Source: Spirochaetota bacterium
GTDB lineage: Bacteria; Spirochaetota; UBA12135; COTS27; CBDBHE01
DNA: 64,000 nt
Assembly: GCA_965205605.1 (NCBI GenBank)
Contig: CBDBHE010000006.1
Span: 1-64,000, forward strand
Direction: 5' to 3'
The notes beneath the pieces are model-generated. The model was not told the origin of the DNA and did not search any database. It saw nothing but the letters and a program-made list of their open reading frames with translations. Position 1 is the stretch's first letter; every line of letters starts with the position of its first letter. Below, piece by piece: positions 46,401-54,734 of this stretch. A program made the translations under genes and the position numbers.

Positions 46401-47315
46401 TTCTTTGACTTCTGAAACCCCTGCCGATAAGCTTAAAGAAGATTCAAAACTAAAAGGCCCTTTTTTCCCTTGAAGTAAAACACCAAATCCTTCTTTTTGA
46501 AGCCCTCCTGCTGTAATAAATTCAGATTTTGACCTAACGTTTAAATCAATTTGTCCAAACTTAATTTTTTTCAAAAGCTCATCATTATCTCCTACATACT
46601 CAATACGATAAGTATTCCTTCTATTTCGACTATTATGATTAACCTCTAGCTCTATTTTTCTTCCTATTTTTCCTTTGAGGTTTAAAATTAAGTTTTGATC
46701 GGCTGTGAGCCCATTACCAATTAAAGTAGGATCTAAAAAAGGCTCTTGAATTAGAGGGTTAAGACCTGTGAAGAAATCTTGAAAAATATATTGATAGGCG
46801 TAATTTCTTTTTTGTCGTTCTGAAGGGATGAGTTTGTTAATATACTGTGAAAACCCATAACGAAAACTAATATCTTGATTTCCAAATAAGCGTAAGCTTG
46901 TTTCAATATCTTCAAAAGAAAGCCCTAAATTTAATCCTTTTTTTTCTGTTTCATTTTTCCCTTCTCTTTCTCTTTGAATTTTTTTTAGTAACCATTTTGC
47001 TTCTTTATCATAAGTGATCAAGTGATCTCCAAAAAAATCTTCTCCGTATTTATAATAATCTTTTAAATAAAGATTTAAAATGATAGCTCTTAAATAGGTG
47101 CTTTCTTCACTAAGTTGGTCTAAAGAACTGTAATCAAGATTAGTGTAGATATAAAAGTTTTTATTAATTTCTTTTTCATTATTTTCCAGATTATTTTGGC
47201 TTAACTCTAAGAGCTTGTCTTCTAAAAGACTTGGGAAATCATAAATCTCTTCACTATAAATATAAACAAAAAATAAGAAGAAAATTAAAATAATTCTTCT
47301 TAAAAATGAGAACAA
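40458..47315 (-). CDS. Very large outer membrane protein, SprA/Sov-like (type IX secretion translocon homolog)
   Basis: 2285 aa with signal peptide; LNLKGKIG...RIEYVGDNDELLKKIKFGQI, TEDLNQNGQLD, LSYYKDFKLYFY and GRFWLNEFHV resemble SprA blocks; ends in Phe (FSIKGKILF). Confidence 0.72.
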   Translation of the reverse strand: MFSFLRRIILIFFLFFVYIYSEEIYDFPSLLEDKLLELSQNNLENNEKEINKNFYIYTNLDYSSLDQLSEESTYLRAIILNLYLKDYYKYGEDFFGDHLITYDKEAKWLLKKIQREREGKNETEKKGLNLGLSFEDIETSLRLFGNQDISFRYGFSQYINKLIPSERQKRNYAYQYIFQDFFTGLNPLIQEPFLDPTLIGNGLTADQNLILNLKGKIGRKIELEVNHNSRNRRNTYRIEYVGDNDELLKKIKFGQIDLNVRSKSEFITAGGLQKEGFGVLLQGKKGPFSFESSLSLSAGVSEVKEFTIESKEQKTIRDIDYIKNRYFQLPDRNINEAHYYEEITDSDNYSQAFLVISNINGDGIINGSRYFKKLSEASYEIENDMGVFEHKKSKPEGHTLLFYNFQQTNGAYRSTTGTNASYFFGPSYTIHHRQNLSDTLTNFVIIFVSDEQLGDRDITNYYELRNRYRIEKSIEIESLKILITDNNNIKIDPSEWRGTFNHTFDIYGDSKISLNKGYFYFEDQAVFTRQSAYYANMYSVKEPNAENNNRINLELNYKTQYKNYIDLERFNIIPESVIIYKDNQLLEKKKYTVTSFGRIFFNKGEELYRGNKLKVYYEYRPFGSSLQKAIAAARMDWKFRGEENYIGMTLAGSLGQASLNAPQIGFESTSQLVGDIDTSIDLISMFQRRRLNKSSLILDGEYAFSIYNPNNNGKAIINTVEGDDLTFSFPGNHHSYYLTANPQLETLANRSLGKSYYIDFSEYSFLNPDNKVPIEFTLNNEQAMRANNANGLIYRQDVNFRPFNVRPGPYQVVSEGHLSRTLYPYQSSLVFDYDFEASHATTSPSNGYVSFITRAQFVGRSSDFKRYNTIEIIYKLLPTTDNSGNLEDNPKVLGFSIDIGNLNEDFDLDGQLDEENFISDADGFTFNYNKSPIFNTIETKLGAGDKGWNSPNDIAEGNGRKDTEDLNQNGQLDTLTSSQEQIINYPSSELGQNPTNYFLLFNSEYISDQGLNLNTFNTNRAFYEILDNNSSSTDVFQKERYIKITVPLRNLVTNNSLTKVTHLRLNFLEITNSAFNKGRVVIDSIRFKGTTWQQAKVDNNEVITPRQFLFSTINTKQDDFYNKNHLSKAYRRAYERLHGNLLSREFETLTEQAQNIEYNLNGVENKNISNSIDGRFAWVERYEAKGERTLNLSYYKDFKLYFYPVDYSSGNEELVYQFGDNPNNYFELRIPFKNIGESNGNNQNKWHELNIKLRGKDYQEQQFMNRVAYRDDHYFLLSKSSLEVKNEGNRDEGKLENVDFDDYTIRKIGNPSLYEVSYFLIGVDSKGQNATGRFWLNEFHVDNSEIFFGHAYRFGLTYKQNEPLQYRQRNIISETQSSFKYRHEGLGFSTLDQQANRNQQELSSFNLQTKILDRLRFSFNKSKDYDVSEYRESFLPKENQTLTHRDLTGFSFQLDLKDNLIIPTIQHTASYNKTRNLGFVTLSSNVINREYSLDLNEISVKTYSLGESKKFNFTPDLFIDQEYKIATTFNKIALLKKNVDINEVVFYNTQDPFFHPVELLDENSNKKRFPILEKFPNISDSIDEKRNLLEELEYSFYQRQSISTTLGIEKFRLDFRYTIEDQHNLLSTNISKLDLEKIASLYEKESIELQWYEFYWSEFSSIFSNPFIEDQSKYLSKKRNYSITFSYLNPVYIFNTPLLSSFNASISYSYAENNFRKTTTDFLSSEFILYQTNQNNYSSKEKKLLIDYSDQLVDFYQDEQKYKNIQNTLNLNLTLPIIFKNHLFKSLRLNFSRRLSLLENNVLDLKENDLSSSEKKLWKGIEDNFSDLSIGLKGEEQQLAYFEKIRSTALYFPYFDFWFLNDLAYAVISPFIGKLKNDERNRLSFLNAHRFWASKEIDSSINYRSKKPSFSGTEHISQFTSHSEFSSTVSHNESFRMEMNLSRIPILKDYLPSQFLYSGSLETRKTNWIIYQKQNRSLKLEKRFQSLSHYISRKWIPKAKDFERSINFSAALEFNENKDFNEKSLIKKYKFTLNNNYQLIKHVNIQSAYIFDQTETYYALRYRYNDTQGKTHYLPYLGIGPYHEIKSTDSTLKTEETLNLGELENIYFFSDINDFGKDPTDLIKRTHSFRLAFSWENKNPTKFFNLFSLPPNSSKRLSFDFTFYDYDLPFVNRSTLLEDGKVSPNDQPNAIGRKNLSLFTNPNNSKIVRNWLTKATFLNIYKVTENFSFETSFVLAVISEFVANSFQAYLKIPYNNNANWQENYLREDDYIQMGFDFSIKGKILF

Positions 47316-47342
47316 GGGGATTAATTTAGATGAATTGTTTTT

Positions 47343-49118
47343 TTATTTAAGGCTTCTAATATCATTATAGAAAACAAATACAAATAAGCAAATCAAAAAT
47401 ATAAGCCCACAAATATGGATTACGTTTAAAATTTCTTGCTTAATAGGTTTTCTTCGAAAAAGTTCGTATAAAAGTATGATAAAATGTCCCCCATCAACAA
47501 CAGGAATAGGTAACATATTCACAATGGCAAGACTAACTCCTATTTTAGCAAAAAGTAAAATAAAATAGGCCAGTCCTTTATTTTCAGCAACATAATAAGA
47601 AACTTCAAAAATTCTAATAGGTCCCCCTAGCATTTTCACAGACATCTTTCCTGTAATCAGTCTTTGTAAAAAAGTATAAACTTCTTTTAATTCGTCACCT
47701 GTCTTTCCAAACGCTTTGTATAAAGAGGTGCCAAGGGAATAACGAATAATTTTATTTTCTTCTTTTAATTTAACAAGATGACCTTTTTCTTTTAAATCAA
47801 GTATTAATTTTGAAATTGAAACAACTTTAGGTTTCCCTCTTCTTACGATGACAAAATCAACGATGGTTTCTTTAATTTTTGTTTTTAAAATTTGATCCCC
47901 TACTTTAAGACCTTCACCTAATTTTGAAAGGGAAGGATTTAAATAGCTAACTTGGTTGGCTTTTTCCTTAAAGGTGATAGAATGAGAAATCCCAAGAAAA
48001 TACCTTTCTTTATTAGAATCAAATTGAGGGGTTAAAGTTAAATTGGTAATAATATCCTCTCTTTTAATAGAGAGGATAATGGGTTTATTTGCTTGGATTT
48101 TTTTAGAAGATTGGTTTAGATCTTCCCATCCTTTAATAACTTCTCCGTTAAAAGAAAGAATTTCATCCCCATTTTTAAACCCTGCTTTTTCAGCGGCTCC
48201 ATTAGGAAGCACATCGATGATGGCTTTTAACATATAGCCTTTTGAAAAGATTTTTTCAGCAGGAATGATTGTCTTTTGAATGACAATTTGGTTTTCTTTT
48301 CTAACAAATAAGGTTACTTGTTTGTTAGGGTTATTGTAAATGAGATCGTAAATACCGTAAGGAGTTTGCCTAGTGAGGTTAGCAGTGGGGATGTGTGCTT
48401 TAATAATTTCTCCTTGTGTTATAAGAGAGTTTGAAACATCATTTTTTTGATGAATAATGGCAGCACTATAAGGCAAAATTCCTAATTGAGGAGGAAGATC
48501 ATTTTTTTGATTTATTTTTTTAAGCTTTGTTTTAAAAGTAAGGTTTTTATCAAGTCGTTTAACCCCAAGCACCACTTCTTTAGAAGTATCTTTAATAAAA
48601 GCAACTTCTGTTAAGATTTCTTCCCAAGTTTCTACTTTTTTATCATTGATATGAGTGACTTCATCTCTTAGCTGAACCCCACTGTTATTAATAGGAAAAG
48701 AAGGCATAAAACCACCTACTTTATTGGTTGTAAACGGAACTCCGATTTTAAAAGCAATTACAATTAAAAAATAAGCGAAAATGAGGTTCATAATCACCCC
48801 TGCAGTCACAATAAAAATTCTTTGTAAAGGAGTTTTGGATAAATAATGACCTTCTTCAAAGAGATTTTTTTTTGTTTTTTTGGTATTACGTTTAGGAAGA
48901 TCTTCTTGGCCTAGCATTTCAACATAGCCCCCGATAGGCAGTAGGGCAATAATGTAATCAGTCCCTTTTTTGTCTGTATACAGATGCAGGATTTTAGGTC
49001 CCATGCCAATAGCAAATGTTTTTACTTTTACTCCCACTATTCTAGCAGCTAAAAAATGACCTAGCTCGTGAACAAAAATAGTTAAAGTAAACCCAATTAG
49101 AATCATTAAAACAATCAT
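47343..49118 (-). CDS. rseP: RIP metalloprotease RseP (M50) with PDZ domains
   Basis: FVHELGHF, LPIGGYVEM, AGVIMN, NMLPIPVVDGG. Confidence 0.95.
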   Translation of the reverse strand: MIVLMILIGFTLTIFVHELGHFLAARIVGVKVKTFAIGMGPKILHLYTDKKGTDYIIALLPIGGYVEMLGQEDLPKRNTKKTKKNLFEEGHYLSKTPLQRIFIVTAGVIMNLIFAYFLIVIAFKIGVPFTTNKVGGFMPSFPINNSGVQLRDEVTHINDKKVETWEEILTEVAFIKDTSKEVVLGVKRLDKNLTFKTKLKKINQKNDLPPQLGILPYSAAIIHQKNDVSNSLITQGEIIKAHIPTANLTRQTPYGIYDLIYNNPNKQVTLFVRKENQIVIQKTIIPAEKIFSKGYMLKAIIDVLPNGAAEKAGFKNGDEILSFNGEVIKGWEDLNQSSKKIQANKPIILSIKREDIITNLTLTPQFDSNKERYFLGISHSITFKEKANQVSYLNPSLSKLGEGLKVGDQILKTKIKETIVDFVIVRRGKPKVVSISKLILDLKEKGHLVKLKEENKIIRYSLGTSLYKAFGKTGDELKEVYTFLQRLITGKMSVKMLGGPIRIFEVSYYVAENKGLAYFILLFAKIGVSLAIVNMLPIPVVDGGHFIILLYELFRRKPIKQEILNVIHICGLIFLICLFVFVFYNDIRSLK

Positions 49119-49160
49119 TTTATTTTTCCTTAACTTTTGTATTGTATCACTAAAATAGTT

Positions 49161-50296
49161 TTAATGCTTTGAGATAATTCCTTTTTTTATTTCTTTATCT
49201 AAAGTAATAATGTCTTTTAAAGTCATGTTATTTTTGATAGGGTAGGTTGAAACAGCTTCATAAACAATTGAATAAATTTCTTTAAAAGTTATCTTTTTAA
49301 GTAAAAAAAGATTGACAGCTGCTTCATTAGCTGCATTTAAAATTGCGTTACAAGAGCCTCCTTTTTTTCCAGATTCAAAAGCAAGTTTGAGTAAAGGAAA
49401 TTGCTTTAAATTAGTTTTAAAAAACTGAAGTGATGCCACTTCCCAAAGCTTAAAAGATGGTAAAGACGATGGGTATAGGTGGGGATAGGTTAGGGCGTTT
49501 TGAATGGGTATCTTCATATCACGATGTCCTATTTGAGCGTAAAGTTCACCTTCGATAGTTTCAATAAAAGAATGAACAATTGATTGAGGATGAATAATGG
49601 TTTCTATTTTTTCATAAGGCAGATTAAAAAGGTAATGTGCTTCAATAATTTCTAGCCCTTTATTCATCATCGTTGCTGAATCAATTGAAATTTTTTTCCC
49701 CATTTTCCAAGTAGGATGATTTAAAGCTTGCTCAACACTTGGGTTTTTGATATTTTGATTAAAAAAAGGACCTCCAGAAGCGGTTAGAATTACTTTTTTC
49801 AAGTTTTTTTTTTCTAAGTTTTTAAGCATCATAAAAATAGCAGAATGTTCACTATCAATCGGCAAAAGTTTGATTTTTTTTTTTTTGCTTTTTGAATGAC
49901 TAAATCTCCTGCCATCACAAGCGTTTCTTTATTGGCTAAAGCGATATCAGCTTTTTTTTCAATGGCTAATAGAGTTGGTTCTAAACCCACACTGCCAACA
50001 ACGGCATTAATAAGGAGTTGGAAAGAGCTTTCTAAAACAGCTTCTTGGATGTTATTTTTAATTAATATTTTGGGGAATTCTTTTTTAATTTCTTGATAAG
50101 CTTTTTCATTATCAATGCAGATAATTTCAGGGTTTAAAAGATTAATTTGTTTTTTTAATAGGTTTTTGTTTGTATGGGCACTAAGACCTACTATTTTATA
50201 TTTAGGGGTTTTTTCTAGGTGGTTTAAGTGTTGGATGGTTGCAATTGTATTGGTGCCAATAGAGCCAGTGCTACCTAAAATAAAAACACGTTTCAT
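49161..50296 (-). CDS. dxr: 1-deoxy-D-xylulose 5-phosphate reductoisomerase, interrupted by a frameshift at an A13 tract
   Basis: 5' ORF has LGSTGSIG and LANKETLV; 3' ORF has LPIDSEHSAIF, LTASGGPF and HPTWKMGKKISIDSATMMNKGLE; the frames switch at T13 (49874-49886). Confidence 0.93.
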
Positions 50297-50312
50297 TTTT
50301 TAAAATGAACGG

Positions 50313-50903
50313 TTATTCAATTAAAGAACGATGGAATAAAGCTTTTTTTAAAGTAATTTCATCAATATATTCTAATTCTGTTCCTATTGGGATGCCAATA
50401 GCAATACGACTAAGTTTGATTTTTTTGTCTTTAAACTTACTTCTTATGATTTTAATAGTTGCTTCGGCTTCGATTGTTTGTTCTAAAGCAAAAATGACTT
50501 CATCAACGGGGTAAGTGAGACGTTTTAGTAGGGTATTAATGGATATATCTTGTTCATTAATATCATTGATAGGTGAAATAAGCCCACCTAAGACATGATA
50601 AAGACCTAAATAAGCATGCGCTCTTTCTATGTTAAGGGCATCTTGAATGCTCTTAACAACACAAATACTTTTCTTGCTTCTCTTTGACGAAGTGCAAATT
50701 TTACAAGGTTTTTGCTCAGAAATGAGCCCGCAAATATGACAACGAACGGTTTTTTCAATAAAGTCTTCAATGGATTGTGTGAGTAGCTTGACTTCTCGTT
50801 TGTTGGATTCTAAAAGATAAAAAGCAATATTTTCCGCTGATTTTTTTCCGATAGAAGGCAGTCTTTTTAAAGCTTGAATCACATTATTAAAGCTGGAAGC
50901 CAT
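50313..50903 (-). CDS. recR: Recombination protein RecR
   Basis: LPSIGKKSA, CHIC...CKIC zinc finger, YHVLGGLISP, RIAIGIPIG. Confidence 0.95.
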   Translation of the reverse strand: MASSFNNVIQALKRLPSIGKKSAENIAFYLLESNKREVKLLTQSIEDFIEKTVRCHICGLISEQKPCKICTSSKRSKKSICVVKSIQDALNIERAHAYLGLYHVLGGLISPINDINEQDISINTLLKRLTYPVDEVIFALEQTIEAEATIKIIRSKFKDKKIKLSRIAIGIPIGTELEYIDEITLKKALFHRSLIE

Positions 50904-50916
50904 TAAAAAATTCTAA

Positions 50917-51234
50917 TTAAAAAGAAGGAAGGTCAGGAATATTGAATCCTTTTGTAAGGCCTTGAAGTCCACTTTTTGCTTCTTCGTCTGCTTTGGCAAT
51001 AGCACTATTATAGGCAGAAACAATTAGATCTTCTAAAACTTCAACTTCCTTAGGATCCACAACTTCTTTACTAATTTTAATTTTTTTTGCTTCTTTTTTC
51101 CCATTGATAGTAACCGTAACTAAATCGCCACCTGAAGAAGCTGAAAACTCTTTATTCTCTAGTTTTTGTTGTGCTTTTAGCATTTCTTGTTGTAATTTTT
51201 GAGCTTGTTTTAACATATTGTTCATTTGATTCAT
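50917..51234 (-). CDS. ebfC: YbaB/EbfC family nucleoid-associated protein
   Basis: MLKQAQKLQ...SSGGDLVTVTING...LEDLIVSAYN; lies between dnaX and recR. Confidence 0.93.
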   Translation of the reverse strand: MNQMNNMLKQAQKLQQEMLKAQQKLENKEFSASSGGDLVTVTINGKKEAKKIKISKEVVDPKEVEVLEDLIVSAYNSAIAKADEEAKSGLQGLTKGFNIPDLPSF

Positions 51235-51268
51235 TTTTTTTTAAAAACCTCTTTTTTGGGTACAATTC

Positions 51269-52726
51269 TTATTCTTCTGTAATAGAACCATTGAAAATTT
51301 CAGCAGCCTGTTCTGCACTTGATTTAAAAGATCCTTCTTTAAGAAAAATTTTATTTATTGTATCATTTCCTTTCTTTTTTATCTTATCGAATAAAAGATT
51401 TTTAAATTGTTCCCAAATTTTTTTATTCAATTTATTTTTAATTGTTGAAAATGTAAGTGTTTGTTTATTAAAATCTTTTAATACAATCGTTTGTTTTAAA
51501 TCTTTCATTGATGGGTTTTGTTTTTCAATTTCGTCAATAAAGCCATTGATATCTTCTTTAGATAAAACGTCTTCTTGTTTTTCAAGATTTTTTGCAAAAG
51601 CGAGCAAGTCTGTTTTAAGTTGTTCTGGAGTAATAAGGGTCCGATAGCGATGAAGTTTGATTAGAAAAAATTGAATCATTATCTTTTCACTGATGGTTGT
51701 TTTGAGTTCTTTTAAAAACTCAAAGCAAATATCATTTAATAAAAATAGTTCTTCGACTTCAAAATAGTCTTTAATTTCTTTTAAAAAAACAATGTGTTCT
51801 TCACTTACTTCTAAAAGATTGGGGTCTTCTAAGCCTTCTTTAAGATAAAGAATGGTTGAAAAACATTCGATGAGTTCATAAAGAAATAATTGAATATCTT
51901 TGCCTTCTTCTAAAAGAGCAGAAACAATTTGCTTTGTATGCGTTATTTTATTTTCAAATAGAGAATGAATAAATTTTTTTTTAATCTCTAACTCTGTTTT
52001 TCCAAGAAGAGCAATTGTTTTTTTTTCACTTAAATGCCCTTGGCAATAAGCAATCACTTGATCGAGAATATTTTGAGCATCTCTCATGGATCCATTTCCT
52101 CCTTGAGCAATGTGAAAAAGACTTTCTTTATCATAGGTGATTTTTTCTGCTGCTAAAATAGCTTTCAGTTGGGATTCAAGGGTTTTAATGTCAAACGCTT
52201 TAAAAGCATAATGCTGGCAACGAGAGCGAATCGTTACAGGGACCTTGTGACTTTCTGTTGTACAAAAAATAAAAATCACTTTAAAAGGAGGTTCTTCAAG
52301 AGATTTTAAAAGTGCATTAAAAGCTTCTATGGTCAACATATGCACTTCATCAATAACAAAAATACGATATTTCCCTTCAGGAGATGAATACTGCAGGCTT
52401 TCATTAAGTTCTCTTATTTGGTTGATGCCCCTATTAGAAGCACCATCAATTTCTTTATAGTTAATGGAAGTATTAAGGTGGACTTCTTGACAAAAACTGC
52501 AAATGTTACAAGGTTTTTCAGTAGGAGCATCAGTGCAATTAAGCGCTTTAGCAAGGATCCGTGACATCGTTGTTTTTCCTACCCCTCTTGGTCCTGAAAA
52601 AAGGTAAGATTGAGAAATCTTCTTTTTTAAAATTGCGTTTTTAAGTGTAAGAGTGACATGTTTTTGACCTAAGACTTCATTAAAATTTTGAGGTCTCCAT
52701 TTTCTAGCTGTAATTAAATAGCCCAT
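51269..52726 (-). CDS. dnaX: DNA polymerase III subunit gamma/tau
   Basis: ARKWRPQNF, GPRGVGKTT, IDEVHML, AFNALLKSLEEPP, SRCQ, GSMRDA. Confidence 0.96.
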   Translation of the reverse strand: MGYLITARKWRPQNFNEVLGQKHVTLTLKNAILKKKISQSYLFSGPRGVGKTTMSRILAKALNCTDAPTEKPCNICSFCQEVHLNTSINYKEIDGASNRGINQIRELNESLQYSSPEGKYRIFVIDEVHMLTIEAFNALLKSLEEPPFKVIFIFCTTESHKVPVTIRSRCQHYAFKAFDIKTLESQLKAILAAEKITYDKESLFHIAQGGNGSMRDAQNILDQVIAYCQGHLSEKKTIALLGKTELEIKKKFIHSLFENKITHTKQIVSALLEEGKDIQLFLYELIECFSTILYLKEGLEDPNLLEVSEEHIVFLKEIKDYFEVEELFLLNDICFEFLKELKTTISEKIMIQFFLIKLHRYRTLITPEQLKTDLLAFAKNLEKQEDVLSKEDINGFIDEIEKQNPSMKDLKQTIVLKDFNKQTLTFSTIKNKLNKKIWEQFKNLLFDKIKKKGNDTINKIFLKEGSFKSSAEQAAEIFNGSITEE

Positions 52727-52750
52727 AGATAATCTTCTTTTAAAAAAAGG

Positions 52751-52865
52751 TCCCCTGTAAAGAACGATAATCTTTTCACCTTAACAAATCATCTTCCGCT
52801 GCTGTCTTCCGACCCTGACGGCTTGAGATGATTTTTAATCGAAAAGCATCCCTCTTCACAGGAGT
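52751..52865 (-). ncRNA. ffs: Signal recognition particle 4.5S RNA
   Basis: Minus strand CCG-TCAGG-GTC-GGAA-GAC-AGCAG-CGG (SRP domain IV) inside a long hairpin (CTCCTGTGAAGA...TCTTTACAGGGG); typical position upstream of dnaX. Confidence 0.9.
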
Positions 52866-52974
52866 TTTAGTTATTTCTATTAATAGAATTTAATCTATTT
52901 TATCATTTCATTAAAGACATTTAATTTTTTTTTAAAATTAAAAAAAAGAAGATTTAGAAAAATTTAATGAGTTT

Positions 52975-53697
52975 TTAAGCTTCTTTTAATAAAGAAAGCA
53001 TGTCTTTGACGGCTTTTTGCATTCCGACTAAAACCGATCGGCTAATAATCGAATGCCCAATATTAAACTCATAAATCGATTTTATTTTTTTTACAAGAGG
53101 AAGGATATTAAAATAAGTTAACCCATGCCCGGCATTAACCACTAGACCCAATTTATGAGCTAAAGCACTAGCAGTAATGAGTTTTTCTAATTGTTCATTT
53201 CGTTTTGGGCCTAAAGGAGCCTGTGCATAAGGACCGGTGTGAAGTTCGATTTGGTTGGCTTTACAAAAAGAACAAACTTGGATTTCTTCTTGGGTAGGAT
53301 CAATAAAGATAGAAACTTGGATGCCTGCTTGCTTAAGTTTTGGGATTGCTTTTTCAAGAGAGTTTTGATGGGTACTTGCTAAAAACCCACTTTCTGTTGT
53401 AATCTCTTGCCTTTTTTCTGGAACAAGACAAATAGAATCAGGTTTTAGCTCAAGAGCAAAATCAACAAGATCTTCTCTAAGAGCCATTTCAAGATTTAAC
53501 TTAGTTCTAATTTTTTTTCTAAGTTCATAAACATCTTGTTTTTTGATATGTCGTTCATCTTCTCTAAGGTGGACAGTGATGCTATGGCAACCGGCGATTT
53601 CTGCAAGAAATGCAGCTTGAATAGGGTCAGGTTCGATTGCTTTTCTAGCTTCTCTTATCGTGGCTACATGGTCAATATTAACTCCTAAATAAGCCAT
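52975..53697 (-). CDS. pdxJ: Pyridoxine 5'-phosphate synthase
   Basis: LGVNIDHVATIR, TVHLREDERHI, LVPEKRQEITTE, IELHTG, NAGHGL, NIGHSI. Confidence 0.97.
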   Translation of the reverse strand: MAYLGVNIDHVATIREARKAIEPDPIQAAFLAEIAGCHSITVHLREDERHIKKQDVYELRKKIRTKLNLEMALREDLVDFALELKPDSICLVPEKRQEITTESGFLASTHQNSLEKAIPKLKQAGIQVSIFIDPTQEEIQVCSFCKANQIELHTGPYAQAPLGPKRNEQLEKLITASALAHKLGLVVNAGHGLTYFNILPLVKKIKSIYEFNIGHSIISRSVLVGMQKAVKDMLSLLKEA

Positions 53698-54734
53698 TAA
53701 TTTTCCTTGGGTATTTCTTGATTTTCAGATTCTTTTTTTTCAATGATGTTTAAAGTAATCTCAGTAGGTTCATAGGAAAATATTTGCCAATTTCTAGGTT
53801 TGATAAGATCTACTTTGATGTTATAAGTCCCTCCTTGATTAACTTCTTTTAAATTAGCAATGGATAGAATTCGAATGTTTTTTAAAGAAAGATTTTCTTC
53901 TTCTTTTTTTTGATTGGTTGAAATCTGATACTTGATGTTAGAAACAAAAAGTGGTTCTTGGTCTAAAACTTGTAAACTTTCTTTTAAGTTAATAATTTTA
54001 ATGGGAATATTACTTGGAAAAATACTTTCTTTAGATATTGAATGAATATGTACTTTTACTTTATATTTTTTATCTTTTTGAAATTGGACTAAAGAACTAA
54101 CATTTTTATTAATAAAAATTTCAAACTCTTTAGGGGCTTCAAGATTTTTAATTGAAATAGGCTCTGTTTTAAGACTGACAATAGAGCTTAAAATTTCTTT
54201 AGGTCCTTTAATTCTTACTTTACTAGGAGAAACTTTATAATCAACAATAGAAAATCCTTTTTTAGGAGATGAGATAAACTCAGGTTCTAAATCTACATAT
54301 TTGATACTTGCAATAGAAAGCTTAATATTGATTTCAGCAGGACTAACTCTAGTGATTTTAATATTGCTTGGAATTTTTCCTTTAATAATAGGTTTATAGT
54401 AATACATTCCTTCTTTTTTTTCTTTCATTTGGATATGGGCTTTTAATAAATTGTTGTCAAATGTTTCAATACTAGCTTTTGTGCCACTTAAATAAAAATT
54501 GACACTTTTAGGAGTTTCACTAGCGATAAAAAGTCCTTTAGGATTTGAAATTTCTAAAGGCACAGAGACTGTTTTTTCAGTAATATTACTCATTTCAAAA
54601 TAAATAAAAATACCAAAAGTAACTAATAAAGAAATAATTTTTTTTCTAATGTTTTTTTTAAAAAAGTTCGTAAAATTTTTTTTTATTTTCTTTTGTTTTG
54701 TAATAGGTAAAAATTTTTTCTTAAAAAATTTCAT
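53697..54734 (-). CDS. cdaR: CdaR/YbbR-like diadenylate cyclase regulator
   Basis: Single TM then YbbR-like repeats (VSPAEINI, VSPSKVRIKGP); directly downstream of cdaA. Confidence 0.82.
   Translation of the reverse strand: MKFFKKKFLPITKQKKIKKNFTNFFKKNIRKKIISLLVTFGIFIYFEMSNITEKTVSVPLEISNPKGLFIASETPKSVNFYLSGTKASIETFDNNLLKAHIQMKEKKEGMYYYKPIIKGKIPSNIKITRVSPAEINIKLSIASIKYVDLEPEFISSPKKGFSIVDYKVSPSKVRIKGPKEILSSIVSLKTEPISIKNLEAPKEFEIFINKNVSSLVQFQKDKKYKVKVHIHSISKESIFPSNIPIKIINLKESLQVLDQEPLFVSNIKYQISTNQKKEEENLSLKNIRILSIANLKEVNQGGTYNIKVDLIKPRNWQIFSYEPTEITLNIIEKKESENQEIPKEN

Noticed and set aside
51269-52726. Programmed -1 frameshift in dnaX
   Set aside because: Several A-runs exist, but no slippery site with a stimulatory hairpin could be supported by eye
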